Source: an uncultured virus (IMG/VR IMGVR_UViG_3300037067_013349)
Lineage: Duplodnaviria; Heunggongvirae; Uroviricota; Caudoviricetes
Virus record (IMG/VR): IMGVR_UViG_3300037067_013349
Length of the DNA: 64,000 nt
Reading direction: 5' to 3' (one strand)
The notes beneath the pieces were generated by a model. It was not told where the DNA came from. It ran no database searches and worked only from the letters and a program-made list of their open reading frames with translations. Shown here piece after piece: positions 20,116 through 31,417 of the stretch (position 1 is its first letter; each line of letters opens with the position of its first letter). The translations under genes were made by a program, and so were the position numbers.

Positions 20116-20669
20116 TCATAAGTCAGATAGTGTGTTCGTCTTAGGCGGTTTCTTATAATCTGCCGCCTTGTCACGGCATTTTCTACAAACTGATGAAATT
20201 GGACTTGGATGTCTTTGATCATGTCTGTCGCTCTTATGTCGAGCATATGATCGAGCAAGTCGTACTCAGCCCCTTCAATATTTATCTTCATTAAACGTAT
20301 TTGCGATAGCGAATGCTTGCTGATTATTTCATCAATTGACACAACTTGAATGGTCTCTTGATTACTAGAATGAACAATGATACTTGATGCGTCATTATTT
20401 AACGATATTTTACACTCAGTTGTTATCGGCCCTATCCCACTATTATAGATTTGTACTGTAGTTCCGGCTAAATTGCGTAATGCTAGATTATAAAATGCCT
20501 TGACTGGTTCAAAGGCTAGTACTTTGCAATGATAACGCTCGTAGATTTGTCGGCTCCATTCACCATGATACGCACCGCAGTCTATGACAACATCATTAGG
20601 CATTGCAGCATAATTTAGCCTAAATGTTTTATCGCCATTGTCTGCTACCCACCGATCGAAGTCTGGCAT
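20079..20669 (-). CDS. FkbM family methyltransferase
   Basis: IDCGAYHGEW, AFEP, KINIEGAEY, QVQFH. Confidence 0.88.
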   Translation of the reverse strand: MPDFDRWVADNGDKTFRLNYAAMPNDVVIDCGAYHGEWSRQIYERYHCKVLAFEPVKAFYNLALRNLAGTTVQIYNSGIGPITTECKISLNNDASSIIVHSSNQETIQVVSIDEIISKHSLSQIRLMKINIEGAEYDLLDHMLDIRATDMIKDIQVQFHQFVENAVTRRQIIRNRLRRTHYLTYDYEFVWENWRAL

Positions 20670-20671
20670 TT

Positions 20672-21400
20672 TTAATCTTTCAAATGCAAATCAGTCACAT
20701 TGGCATGGCAATTACTGCTATCAACCATCCTGGGCCAATTTCCTTCAACAAATGTGACATCATGCTCTCCAGTACGATTTTCAACAAGTGGACTAAAAAT
20801 CCGACCATCTCCTAGCGTCCCAGCCCACCAGCTAAATGATGAATTCGCTCGCAATAATATTTCAGCATTCATTAGTGTTATAAAATCTTCTAAAAAAGGA
20901 ACGCCTGCATCGATCAAATCTTGATGTGGCTCTTTTCTTCCCTCTTGCACCCAGCAGATATCAGCCACATTTAACCCAAGCTTATTACATATGGCAATGT
21001 AAGAGTTTTCGCTGACTAGGCAATAGATATTGCTCAGACCCACATAGTCTCCTCTTCGGACATGTGCAGCTATTCGCGGACGAGATTGAAACCTCTGCTT
21101 CCACTTGTCTCTTAATGTGAACCAAGATTTCAATTTCGCCCGCGACATCATGTCTACAGCCGCCTGAGATTGAAAGTATCCATTTAATACTACGTTGATT
21201 CTGCCATTTGGAATCTCATCGAATCCAGCATGCGGCAAGTCATAATTTAGTGGTTGATTGGAAATATCGAATATTCTCTGCCCAATCCAACCAGGAGTTA
21301 ATAAAACGGCTCGATGGGCTTCTGCATAGGCACGAGCAAATGCATATTGAAATAGTTGATTTCCGAAGCCACCACAAAAATTAATACCAACAGCAGCCAT
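20672..21400 (-). CDS. Alpha-1,2-fucosyltransferase (GT11)
   Basis: GGFGNQLFQYA, GYFQS, HVRRGDY, NSSFSWW. Confidence 0.92.
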   Translation of the reverse strand: MAAVGINFCGGFGNQLFQYAFARAYAEAHRAVLLTPGWIGQRIFDISNQPLNYDLPHAGFDEIPNGRINVVLNGYFQSQAAVDMMSRAKLKSWFTLRDKWKQRFQSRPRIAAHVRRGDYVGLSNIYCLVSENSYIAICNKLGLNVADICWVQEGRKEPHQDLIDAGVPFLEDFITLMNAEILLRANSSFSWWAGTLGDGRIFSPLVENRTGEHDVTFVEGNWPRMVDSSNCHANVTDLHLKD

Positions 21401-21401
21401 T

Positions 21402-22040
21402 TTATCTCCTACCAGCTAGTATATGGTCAATGTTTTGTCTCAATGGAAAATCAAACGCACAGCCCAGTATATCAGATACACTGACTGACTGACGAAAGAG
21501 CATTGGATATATTCCATATGCCTTGATGTTGGTAAAATTTCTGGCATATATAACATCAATTGGTATGCCAGCTCCGACCAATGCTACAATACATTCTATA
21601 AGTTTTTCAAAACACTTCCCATTGACAGCATATGCGTGTGTTGTCAGAGCATCATTAAGATGTAGCATATGAGATGAGACAAGCGTAGGCGATACGCAAG
21701 CTGTAGGCTCAAGATTGTATCCTAAATATAGCATATCCCAATCTTCAGGGACTTGCTTACTACCTTCTCTCCAGATTGGTATCCAGTCTGGATATAATTC
21801 TGCATCATCTTCAAGTATTAACAAATTTTTCACATTGTCCGCTAAGGCTTGCCGGAGCATAGCTAAATGCGATTCAAGGCAACCCATCCAACCGGGCTTC
21901 TTATCGATTGCAGGAAATCTTATAGCTTTGGTAATGCAGGCGTGATGCAGTTGTTTTTGGATGCCCGCCCATCTATCAGTCCGCCTGTCCAAATTTAGTA
22001 CATAGATGCGATCGAAGAAATCTTGCATAGTATTGTCCAT
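21402..22040 (-). CDS. Glycosyltransferase family 25
   Basis: YVLNLDRRTDR, GCLESH, LILEDDA, WDMLYLG, THAYAV. Confidence 0.9.
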   Translation of the reverse strand: MDNTMQDFFDRIYVLNLDRRTDRWAGIQKQLHHACITKAIRFPAIDKKPGWMGCLESHLAMLRQALADNVKNLLILEDDAELYPDWIPIWREGSKQVPEDWDMLYLGYNLEPTACVSPTLVSSHMLHLNDALTTHAYAVNGKCFEKLIECIVALVGAGIPIDVIYARNFTNIKAYGIYPMLFRQSVSVSDILGCAFDFPLRQNIDHILAGRR

Positions 22041-22051
22041 TTTTTGATGCC

Positions 22052-22654
22052 ATGATCGACACACTTTCCGCCAGGCGTGAATTTCCATTGATTGTGACCG
22101 CCTATACTATATCTAGTCATCTCGGTGACTATTACAAACGATGTGTAACCAGACTAATACGTAGCTGTATTAATTTCGACTTGTCACATATAGTCTTGCC
22201 ACTAGAGCCGCAAGGTGGCTGGGATGCTGGATGTGCAACCAAAACCGTAGTAATACAACAATTACTTAGACAATTGCAAAGGCCGCTTCTATGGCTTGAT
22301 GCAGATGCCGAAATTTTGGCATATCCAAGCATGTTTGAAAATATTAATTGTGAGATGGCATTGGCATCTGTTTCTGGGCACTGGCTAAGTGGCACTCTTT
22401 ATTTTACACCAAGCGCTCTTCCATTTATTGAACGGTGGAAACAACGGACAGGCCCGGTTGTGGATGAAATAGCACTGAGAGAGGCTTATGCAGCTGCGAC
22501 AGCTGACCGACCTAAGATGATAATGTTGCCTGGATCTTACAATACAGCCATTCACGTAGGATGTGATCTTAGCAACGTAATTATTGGGCACCACATACGA
22601 CCTGATGTTGCGCCAACTAGAGGCGTTCAGGCGAATCCTGTGCCTGAACTCTAG
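22052..22654 (+). CDS. DXD nucleotide-diphospho-sugar transferase
   Basis: KTVVI...LLWLDADA, SGTLYF motifs. Confidence 0.75.
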   Translation: MIDTLSARREFPLIVTAYTISSHLGDYYKRCVTRLIRSCINFDLSHIVLPLEPQGGWDAGCATKTVVIQQLLRQLQRPLLWLDADAEILAYPSMFENINCEMALASVSGHWLSGTLYFTPSALPFIERWKQRTGPVVDEIALREAYAAATADRPKMIMLPGSYNTAIHVGCDLSNVIIGHHIRPDVAPTRGVQANPVPEL

Positions 22655-22984
22655 CCGCCAACTTGTTTCCAATAAGCTACAACTACAGGCATACCAGTAA
22701 CTACTATCTTGCGCATAAGAAGATTACTGGCAGTGTTGTAATAATACCAATTACGATAAGTGGCGGCATCGGGTTCGTATGGGGTCATTTCAATAATATG
22801 TCCGCCATTCATTTCAATACCAAACCGATTTGGATTGCCAGCTGCAGTGATTGCACCGCGACGTATCATTAAGTCTTCGAGGAAAGAATTCGTGTTGCCT
22901 AGCGGCTCTAATGAACTGAAGATTTCTGGCATAAAATCCCTCCATTATTATTTTTAACAAAATATATGGAAAAGGAGAACGGTC

Positions 22985-23746
22985 TTGAGTGATCCCAAAA
23001 CAATTGCGTCATTGATAACCGATAATCCTATATTATCAGGCGAACAGCTTCTGGAAATGTATTTGTCGGCCAACGATAGTATTTACTTCGAATCTTTTAG
23101 GTCATTTTGTTCTAAATATAGTGTGATTGTCGAATATGATGAGTTTATAGACCTGCTGAGAGAGAATCGAACTTATTTATTCAATGAATACTTTGATCGC
23201 ACAACACCATATTGGATACCCAGTCTAACAGAGGGATATGTTATAAATTCATTGCCAAAAGGCGAGTGGGGCGACGATCAAATCGAGGGAATAACAACGC
23301 CAGTATTAGGTGGCCCACAGCAACCATTAGACTTCGAACCTCTATCAGACGAACAGATACTTGATGATCCTGAATCAACACCGCAACTTGCCGATATTGA
23401 TACAGATCCAGAAAATGAAAGTGAAGATGATCTCCCTGGCTTCGATACAAGAACGAGACGTAGACCGAGCAGAGATCCAAAAGCAGAACACGGTGTGATG
23501 TCAGCATTTGAGAGCGCTGAGCCCGGATTAGAACTCTCATCTAGACTAGATAATCAAACAGGCAATAGTGGACCTGCACTGGCTAGACTATATGGTTTAG
23601 TTGATTCATGGCAAAATGGTGCAATGGATCAGCCGACATTCGAAACGGAAATCAACAAGCTCTCTGAAGAACCCACATTAAAGAATAGCTCTATCAGCGT
23701 CGAAGCTATGATTCAGAAGATACTAAATATCAGGCGAGCAACTTGA
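22985..23746 (+). CDS. Acidic hypothetical protein
   Basis: 253-aa ORF, AAGGAG RBS, TTG start. Confidence 0.55.
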   Translation: MSDPKTIASLITDNPILSGEQLLEMYLSANDSIYFESFRSFCSKYSVIVEYDEFIDLLRENRTYLFNEYFDRTTPYWIPSLTEGYVINSLPKGEWGDDQIEGITTPVLGGPQQPLDFEPLSDEQILDDPESTPQLADIDTDPENESEDDLPGFDTRTRRRPSRDPKAEHGVMSAFESAEPGLELSSRLDNQTGNSGPALARLYGLVDSWQNGAMDQPTFETEINKLSEEPTLKNSSISVEAMIQKILNIRRAT

Positions 23747-24532
23747 TTACTTCTTTATATCCGTTTCATGTTGCATTCTTGATTCTAAGTCATCAAGTAA
23801 CTTAATGAGCATGTCTTGTTTGGCCTTGATTTCGGCGTCTGTTGCCGACCCTTTCTCTGCATGCTCTAACCGCCATTTTCGGATCTCTGAGATGTCATCT
23901 GTAATTCTGGCTATGTCTTCTGCAGTATTTTTACAATGCAGTCGAAGTTCCATTTGCAGTTTTTCATCAAGACCGCTTATCTTGGCCTCTGTCGTCGCTG
24001 TTATCAATGCCATCTCTCTTTGTAGACTGTGATCTAATTTGTCAAGATGGCCAGCAACTTCGGCTGCAAATGCATCCGATTTTCCTTTTTCATATTGATT
24101 ATTAAACATTCGCTCTGTGATTACTGTATTTTCGCGTTTCAGATCTGCAATATTATCTGATTGTCCCGATAGCATCAAACCGACAACAGCGCCAGCCATG
24201 CCGAGCAAAGTAATAGCTAAAGCCGCAAAAGCAGATATAGTTTGCCATTGTGGTTTTGTCGATGCTGTCAATCGGTCTGTTACCGTATTAATCTGATCAT
24301 TGAAGCTATCACGCATTCTAGTTAGGGTATCGCCAATCATCTCTCTGAATTGGCCGATTTCCTTCCCCATCATGCTGATATTTTGTGATACCTCCTGGAT
24401 ATCACGAGTGAGTGATTCTACAACACCCTCTAACCGCCCGACACGAGTGTCCATTCTACTGTCATGTTCAGTGACTTTCTCAGGGAACACAACGTCTTTG
24501 AAGGGGCAATCGTCTTTGTGCGAAGGTGTCAT
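23747..24532 (-). CDS. Single-TM coiled-coil membrane protein
   Basis: Heptad coiled coil, hydrophobic AFAALAITLLGMAGAVVGLML segment, second coiled coil. Confidence 0.6.
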   Translation of the reverse strand: MTPSHKDDCPFKDVVFPEKVTEHDSRMDTRVGRLEGVVESLTRDIQEVSQNISMMGKEIGQFREMIGDTLTRMRDSFNDQINTVTDRLTASTKPQWQTISAFAALAITLLGMAGAVVGLMLSGQSDNIADLKRENTVITERMFNNQYEKGKSDAFAAEVAGHLDKLDHSLQREMALITATTEAKISGLDEKLQMELRLHCKNTAEDIARITDDISEIRKWRLEHAEKGSATDAEIKAKQDMLIKLLDDLESRMQHETDIKK

Positions 24533-24651
24533 TTTGTCATCCTAGATAAAATGTTCGTAAACGGTTATAAAATAAAGTTTAACTGAATACGGACGTAGAA
24601 GTATCAAATATGAAATATTACGCATGGCGAATAGGATAGATGTATCCTAGA

Positions 24652-24685
24652 GTGGCTGAAAGCCTAACGTGGCTGAAAGCCTAAC
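24652..24685. repeat. 17-bp tandem duplication
   Basis: GTGGCTGAAAGCCTAAC x2, each unit containing a GGCT-GAA-AGCC mini-hairpin. Confidence 0.85.
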
Positions 24686-25382
24686 GCACATCTGCTAGAA
24701 GATTTAGAAGATCCAATAATTCTTCTGGACCTTCTACATACCATTCATTTTCAGATATTAGGATTGCCAAATCCTCAACATCAGTTGACATAGCAATTAC
24801 AAAACCGGTTTTAGACCTTAGCATGTAATCACATGTTTCACCCTTGAATTTGCCAAATATGCCAGAAAATTGATCGTTGCATGGGCATATTTCAACTTCA
24901 CTACCGGGAGGCACACGTGATAGATTGCGTTTTATTATCCAGTAGCGCGTATCAGCCCTAATAAGAACTTTATCTGCTGCCCTGCGATGTAACTCACACT
25001 TCCAACAGTGCATAGAGTCGTCCGGTAATTTACGCAATCGGCTGTGGCAACGTGGACATGTCATCTTTTGAAGCACTACGCACTGTGATTACAAAATACC
25101 ACAACATATCTTGCTGAGGTATGTTAGTCCGCCTATATTATATATTATAGCACCAGAAGATATTGTGTTTAATTGTCTGATGTGTTTGGTTGCGTGCGCT
25201 GCACCATATATGCACACGGTGCTTCGCCACCCGATGAAACATATGTGCAGCCGGTTTTCTTTATACGGCGCTTACGCTTCTCCAGTTTGGCAAGCGTGGT
25301 AGTTCTTTTCTCACATCGCTCTAAATATTTCTTTTTAGCCGGAGTTAATGGCTTCGGTTGTTTGGGCGCTGTTTTCGATTTT

Positions 25383-26324
25383 TTAACCGAGGTCTTCTTC
25401 GATTTCATTATAGTCCTCAATAGTTTCAACTTTTGTGATCAACTCCCTGTGAACAACGCATCCCCTACGGTGTCGTATTAATGGTGTTGTTCTACCTTTA
25501 CCAGTCCAATACAGAGCCAAAGGACTCGAAGAACGAATGTGGGGTGTTACTTCTATCTTGCGTCCCACGTTCCATCCAATTTTGCCACGTCTAACAGCCC
25601 GATCTACTATAGATTGGTTCGGGTCAGATTCGTATTTCTGTCTATCTTTGTCGAGGACATCTGGTTCTATGATGGCAGGGTCATCCTCCAACAGACATAG
25701 TGTACAGACAAGCCTAATAATATCTGCTTTTAATTTCGGAGGGAGCAAGACGCCATAGTTGGAACTTGGATCGTTAAGGAGCATACTTGCCGCCGTCTCG
25801 ACAGTCATACCCTCTTCAACTGGCATATTGATATAGGTCAAAACTGGGAAATTCTCTGCTCCAGGAGGCACTGCGGTTTCGCACATTCCTATAGTTTCCC
25901 CAAAGTCGACCCAGATAGAGATTCCTCTATATGTATGGCCGCTCTTTTGTAACGTTACAGGACCACACAGAATAGACCTAACGTTATAATGAGAACCGGA
26001 GTCATCAAAAGACAGTTGGTGATCGACTTTCGGGAGGAATACAGCGAATACTCTAAGCTTCGATGGTAATTTTATAGAACCAGTATCAACTGACAGCTTC
26101 AACCGTAAGAGAGAAGGAATTATGGCTGGATAAACACGATAGTATGGGCATTTATCAATCTCCCACCAACCCTCTAACAATGACTGGCGGAACATAGCCC
26201 GATCATACAATTGAAAGGCTGAATATTTGAGAGAATCGGCATAAAATTCTTTGATATTCTTCTTTTGACCTGGGTTTATTGAATTGGCACAAACCCTCGT
26301 TGTATGATATTGCCAAAAGTCCAT
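25383..26324 (-). CDS. Hypothetical phage protein
   Basis: GAGGAG RBS and TGCTATAAT upstream; PHIR...YWTGKGR C-terminal motif. Confidence 0.6.
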   Translation of the reverse strand: MDFWQYHTTRVCANSINPGQKKNIKEFYADSLKYSAFQLYDRAMFRQSLLEGWWEIDKCPYYRVYPAIIPSLLRLKLSVDTGSIKLPSKLRVFAVFLPKVDHQLSFDDSGSHYNVRSILCGPVTLQKSGHTYRGISIWVDFGETIGMCETAVPPGAENFPVLTYINMPVEEGMTVETAASMLLNDPSSNYGVLLPPKLKADIIRLVCTLCLLEDDPAIIEPDVLDKDRQKYESDPNQSIVDRAVRRGKIGWNVGRKIEVTPHIRSSSPLALYWTGKGRTTPLIRHRRGCVVHRELITKVETIEDYNEIEEDLG

Positions 26325-27357
26325 AATATATCTCCTCAGTATATTATAGCACGAATTAAATACCATATTAATCGGTGCTACTAGTGCCCATTAACGTATT
26401 TAAGCCATCGGAGCGTTCTTTATACGCTTTCCTTGCTGCCTTGACGGGAGCCTGGTTATTTAGACGTTCTAAAGTAAAATCAAAAGAAGCGCAAAGAAAC
26501 GCACAGGAAGACGATATGCGGACATTCAGCAATACCGAATTTATGCAGTGGGCAAAAGAAAAGAAGCTGTCTTTCGTTAGTCAGTCAAACTGGCCTGATG
26601 CTTTTAAACTAATCCCTCCTGAAGAGGTAGCTACGCTGCTGCCAACCAATACAACCTCACATGCTAATTTATACGTAAATGCCAAGAAAGAACTATTTCT
26701 GGCTGTTTGTGTTGTTCCATCTGGAACTACGGTGAACACAATCGACAAGCGTGATAACTCCGTTATCTTGGTTTTCAAGCAATTGACTAATTTGAAGTGA
26801 TGGTGTAAAATATGGATAGTGAAAATGTATCTGAGAAGTATATCTCCAAGTGTCATGAGATTTTAGACGGGTGGAATATTCCACCCGATGCAGCAGGCAC
26901 CACAAGTGCCGAGCAATTGTTCAATCGGTTAACAACTTATGCCAAACTTCGGCATGACGACGATATGGTATGATGCAAGTGTTAAAATCACGCAAGATAC
27001 AGATTCGCCGCCAATGGACTAGCTCAGAAGTAGCAAATAAAATGAACATATTTGAGCTAGGCCGGTGGTTGATAGATCTAGATAATGCCAAAACGCCAGA
27101 AGAAATCGAAAAACTCGAAATCCGCTGGCTGGAATTTAACAAAAATCCCAGTCGATAAATGGGATATAAAAGTATTTCACCAAAAAAGCTGTCCACCATT
27201 CCTACCGTATTGTGCTGTAGCAGAATATGCAAATTCGGGAAAGAAATGGATAGTAAATGAGGAAGGCAATACACCAGATGAAGCCGTGAGTCGACTCAAA
27301 TTTCGTCTGGAGAAAATGTAATAGGAACGTCTAATTTTATCTAATTGGAGGTGTAGC

Positions 27358-27567
27358 ATGCCATCAGGAATGTTAGTTGACGATCGTCCCTTCATAAATG
27401 ACGAACTCGATGACGACGATTTCGAAGACGAAGACGAAGACGAAGACGAAGACGAAGAGTGGGACGACGACGAAGAGTGGGATGACGATTTCGACGATGA
27501 CGAAGATGAAGACGACTACGACGAAGACGATGACGATGACTGGGAAGACGACGACGAAGACGAATAG
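27358..27567 (+). CDS. Extremely acidic Asp/Glu-rich low-complexity protein
   Basis: GGAGG RBS; sequence almost wholly D/E with periodic W/F/Y; (GACGAA)n microsatellite-like DNA. Confidence 0.65.
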   Translation: MPSGMLVDDRPFINDELDDDDFEDEDEDEDEDEEWDDDEEWDDDFDDDEDEDDYDEDDDDDWEDDDEDE

Positions 27568-28184
27568 CTGCTATGAAACGGTGGCGTGAAGAACGACATA
27601 TTATGGAGCGCCAGGTTAAGATCTGGGATTCCTCGCTCCATAGAGTCGATGAATTCGATAACCGCTTCAAAAAGCCACTGGGACGATTTCGCAAGAGACA
27701 TCCTTGTGGCTGTGGCAGGCCGCGTTGCCGGTTATGCCACTCTGATAAAATAGATGGCGTCAAGCCATATAAAGTACTTCTTAGTGATATCGGCGTTAAA
27801 GAACAGTTATCTGAATTATAGTTATGGGATTTAACTATTGTAGGACATGCGGCTACACATTCAGTAGGCCAGGGGATGGGTGTATTAAAGATCCATCCGC
27901 TCCATGGTGGGCTTTTTGGCGAAAAATCATATGCCCTGACTGCGGTGGAGACGGCATATCAAAACCGCCCGGATGGCCGGATCGTGCTGAAATGGATAGG
28001 TTGCGCCCAGCACCGCCTGGAGCACCACCGCCTAAGATTTTAACTATAGCTTAGCCGGGTCTATTAGAAGCCTCACGACATCAGCCCGTCTCGCAGACAA
28101 GGCCCTAGCACCTATGGAGCGAGGTTGATGCTCCTGGACCCCAAACATCAAACACAGACTCTGAAAGAAGCGACAACTTCATAA

Positions 28185-28934
28185 TTAGCGTCTAGATGCT
28201 AAGTATTCAGAAATCGATTTTGCTAATTGTTTTTGATATGCTTCTGCTGTGAATATGCCTTTTGGGATAGCCCTCTGAATCGTTCGATTCAGAGGCTTCA
28301 ACTTTCCTTCACAAATATGCAGAATTGCTCCAGTCACACTCGGCTCAGCAACGGCGTCCCAAGTGACAAAACGGTATCCTTCGGTTACATAATAAGTCTC
28401 TTGGCCACCGTGGTCACGCACATCCATGTCACCAATGCCGCGTGAAGAAATGCCAATGCGGCCACGTTTGATCAGAGTTTTTAATTGCTGGCCAAATGGC
28501 AACTCGTCGATAATTTCAGCTTCACCATAAACGCTCTTACCCTCCATCCAGATCTTGGTAAGAAGGTGAGAAATCCGATCAAGATGTATCTTAGCGTCTG
28601 CTGGATGGTCGAATTCTCCCCACACAGACCTATTTGCTAAATCCTCCTGAATAGCTTCAACAGCTTCTCTAACTATTGGACGTGGGTAAATGCGGCCATT
28701 CGCATTCAAGTCGTCTGCAACTTGGAAAATACCGGTAACACGGGTAATGGGCGCTCCTGCTAAGACGCCTTCACCGATAACTTGCTTTGTGTCGACGATT
28801 TTCAGTGGCCAAACATCCTGAAGTAACTGTGTCCCCTCAGGTATAAATCCAGTTTGAGCGGTAAGCCCACGGTTGAAATTCACTTTTGGATTGTAACGGC
28901 CAGCTCGATGTGTTCTTGTCAATAGCATATTCAT
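28185..28934 (-). CDS. Prohead core protein protease (T4 gp21-like)
   Basis: NANGRIYP, GEFDHP, ISH, GISSRGIG, TWDAVAEPS. Confidence 0.93.
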   Translation of the reverse strand: MNMLLTRTHRAGRYNPKVNFNRGLTAQTGFIPEGTQLLQDVWPLKIVDTKQVIGEGVLAGAPITRVTGIFQVADDLNANGRIYPRPIVREAVEAIQEDLANRSVWGEFDHPADAKIHLDRISHLLTKIWMEGKSVYGEAEIIDELPFGQQLKTLIKRGRIGISSRGIGDMDVRDHGGQETYYVTEGYRFVTWDAVAEPSVTGAILHICEGKLKPLNRTIQRAIPKGIFTAEAYQKQLAKSISEYLASRR

Positions 28935-28984
28935 ACTCCTATTCCTCTGTATCTTTGCTATCAGACATATCTACTGTGTATAGA

Positions 28985-29017
28985 AACGGGCAACCCTCAC
29001 AACAAGGGTTGCCCGTT
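28985..29017 (-). terminator. Intrinsic terminator-like hairpin downstream of the SPFH gene
   Basis: AACGGGCAACCCT-N7-AGGGTTGCCCGTT. Confidence 0.65.
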
Positions 29018-29044
29018 GATAGTAGCCAGATTGCGACCTATGGC

Positions 29045-30314
29045 CTATTTCTGTTGTGGCTGTCCCACTTTACCCGGATTTACGTCAAGTGATAAATCTT
29101 TGGCAGCCTTAGCAGTCAGCAGACTGATGAGATCCATTGCACTCGCGCCGGTTTTGCCGTCGCTACCACCCATGATAATTGACGGAACCCACGCGCCCTG
29201 ATGCCTGGCGATAGCATCTGCATAATATTTGCTGACTTCAATGTAAGCTTCAAGCTTCTTTTCCAGAGCACCGTCAGCCTCCATGACAAGCTTACGGCGA
29301 GCGGCTTCACCTTCACCGCGAAGAGTTTCGGCCATTTTTGAACTGCGCCGCTGCCTTCGCATCTAATTCAGCAACTGCCAATTTCTGGGCTGCCAAAGTC
29401 TCAGCGACTTTTTTCTCTTGTTCTGCTCTGGTGACTTCTTTAGCCATAATGGTTTTCTGTTCCCATTCAGCCTTGGCAGCAGTCGCTTCTCCTTGTTTTT
29501 TAGTGGTCAGAGCTTCTTGCTCTGCTTTCTTGGCGTCGGCCATAGCGATCTGGACTTCCATCGTCAGTTTCTGTTGCTGACTAATCTGGTCCTCAACCTG
29601 TTCGTCGTATTTGACCTCATTAATGCTAAGGTTGAATACCTTTATACCGAATTCTTGCAAAGGGCTTTCTTCTGCCCGCTTTGGTTTGCCATCTTTATCC
29701 ACGACCAATTCAACCTTAGCAATCGTTTTTACTTCGCCGGTCAATGGGTCCTTTGCCTTTTCTTGAACGGTCCTGGTCAGATATACACCATTCTGAATCT
29801 GGTCTTCAATCAGATTCAGAAGTTCATTACGACGCTCGGCGTAAGATTCTTTAGAGCTCATAATCGGACCGGTCATATAGATCGATTTCTCAATAATCGT
29901 TCCGATCAATTGCTGCTCGATAGCTGCTTGACTTCCGAACTTCTGATGAATAGCAGTCAGATGCGCTTCATCTAACGGCATTTCCCAGCTAATACCGCCA
30001 GATATCTGGGCATGACCACCATCATTGAATCTGATCTTAATCGAATCGTTTGTCTTTTCTCCCTGGTCGTCTTTGGCAGAGAACCAATATTGCGATCGCC
30101 GGTTGTATAGCGTCACTTTACCAAATCCTTGCCATTTCACACCAGAAGTAGTATACCAATTCAAATCACCAGCAACCGGACTTTGAATAACCATAACTTG
30201 TTTGGCATCGAGATTCTCGGCAATGCTACCGAGAGATAGCAATATTGCTACTAAAACAATAGCAGCCAATGCCATCGCAACAATCTGTCTGTTAGTCATC
30301 ACTCCTGTCCTCAC
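29045..30314 (-). pseudogene. SPFH/band-7 membrane protein split by a one-base frameshift
   Basis: TM plus SPFH domain (IRFNDGG, ESYAERR) ends in KNGRNSSR*; the natural continuation MAETLRGEGEAARRKLVMEADGALEKKLEAY...PSIIMGG is in the adjacent frame across TTCAAAAATG. Confidence 0.75.
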
Positions 30315-30549
30315 TTTCGTCTTTTTCGAGTTCTTTAACGGTTTTCCTAAGCTCTTTCAATGTGCGCTTCGATTGCGCAATATCGACATCTTCACGTACT
30401 TCGGCTATCTCTTCACCCAGCCTTTTCATTTTATGCCTAAAGAATGGAAAGGCTCGCTCACCCTTCCACAATGGCATAAAAATCTGAGTGGTAAAAAGGA
30501 GTATAATAAAGGCAGCTACAAATAGCTCTAACAGTGGTAGGAAGACCAT
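30292..30549 (-). CDS. Small membrane protein upstream of the SPFH gene
   Basis: N-terminal TM plus coiled coil; overlaps the SPFH start. Confidence 0.6.
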   Translation of the reverse strand: MVFLPLLELFVAAFIILLFTTQIFMPLWKGERAFPFFRHKMKRLGEEIAEVREDVDIAQSKRTLKELRKTVKELEKDESEDRSDD

Positions 30550-31417
30550 GTGGCTATTTCCTTGTTGTGTGGTTTTGTTGAATTGATGTTACTAGATTAG
30601 ATGCTATTTTTTGTGCAGCACTGCTCAAGTGCTGCCCTGTAAGATAGCAAGTCATTATTTCCTGAGGACTTGTAAGCTGAACAACATTTCCTCGCAAGTC
30701 CATGGCCAGACAGTCACTATAATCGTCATCATAAATATTATCTGACATATATATCTTAAATACATCCCTCACAGTATTTGATTATGGCAAATATGGAGAG
30801 ATGTATGGATAAATGGAATCATGAACTCGAAGAAGCTTGGAGATGCAGGTTGCTCGCGATTAAAGATGAGAAGCAACCATTTCGTAATTTTATACAAAAG
30901 GCGGTAGAATGCGAAATATTAGAAGCATTTACAGCTGCACTCAGTGAAATTGAACGACTTCGACAGGAGCTATCCTCTGCCAAGCAACAGCTTGATCAAT
31001 CTAAGTGGCCACAAGATACCGCCAATAATGGGTCGATCTGCACCAGTGCTATGGAGGTATATCCCCATAACGATAGCCAAGACAATGTAGGCCAAAAGGG
31101 CTACTAGCCACCAATATTTTGCTAAAAATGTACTCATAGCACCCTCCTTAGGTGCTGGTTGGTTTGAATCTCTCAATCAGATCCTTGACAAACGTGATAA
31201 TAATAGGAATAATCGAGACTATCCAAGTGGCCGAAAGTCCAAATGCACGCAGAGCATTTTTAATCGGCTCATTTGGATGCGCCGCCTTTGCAGCAGCATA
31301 AAATGGTGCTGCACTAGCACCCCAGCCACCAATGTACATAGCAATTAGAATCTTCAACATGGTTGGCCTCCTTCTATCCTATTTTTCCCGCAATCCCTAG
31401 TTGATAAAAATACCACT

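Noticed and set aside
27392..27763. Arg-rich (-) and Thr/Lys-rich (+) ORFs over the acidic gene
   Set aside because: Shadow frames of the GAC/GAA low-complexity sequence; only 27358 has a good RBS
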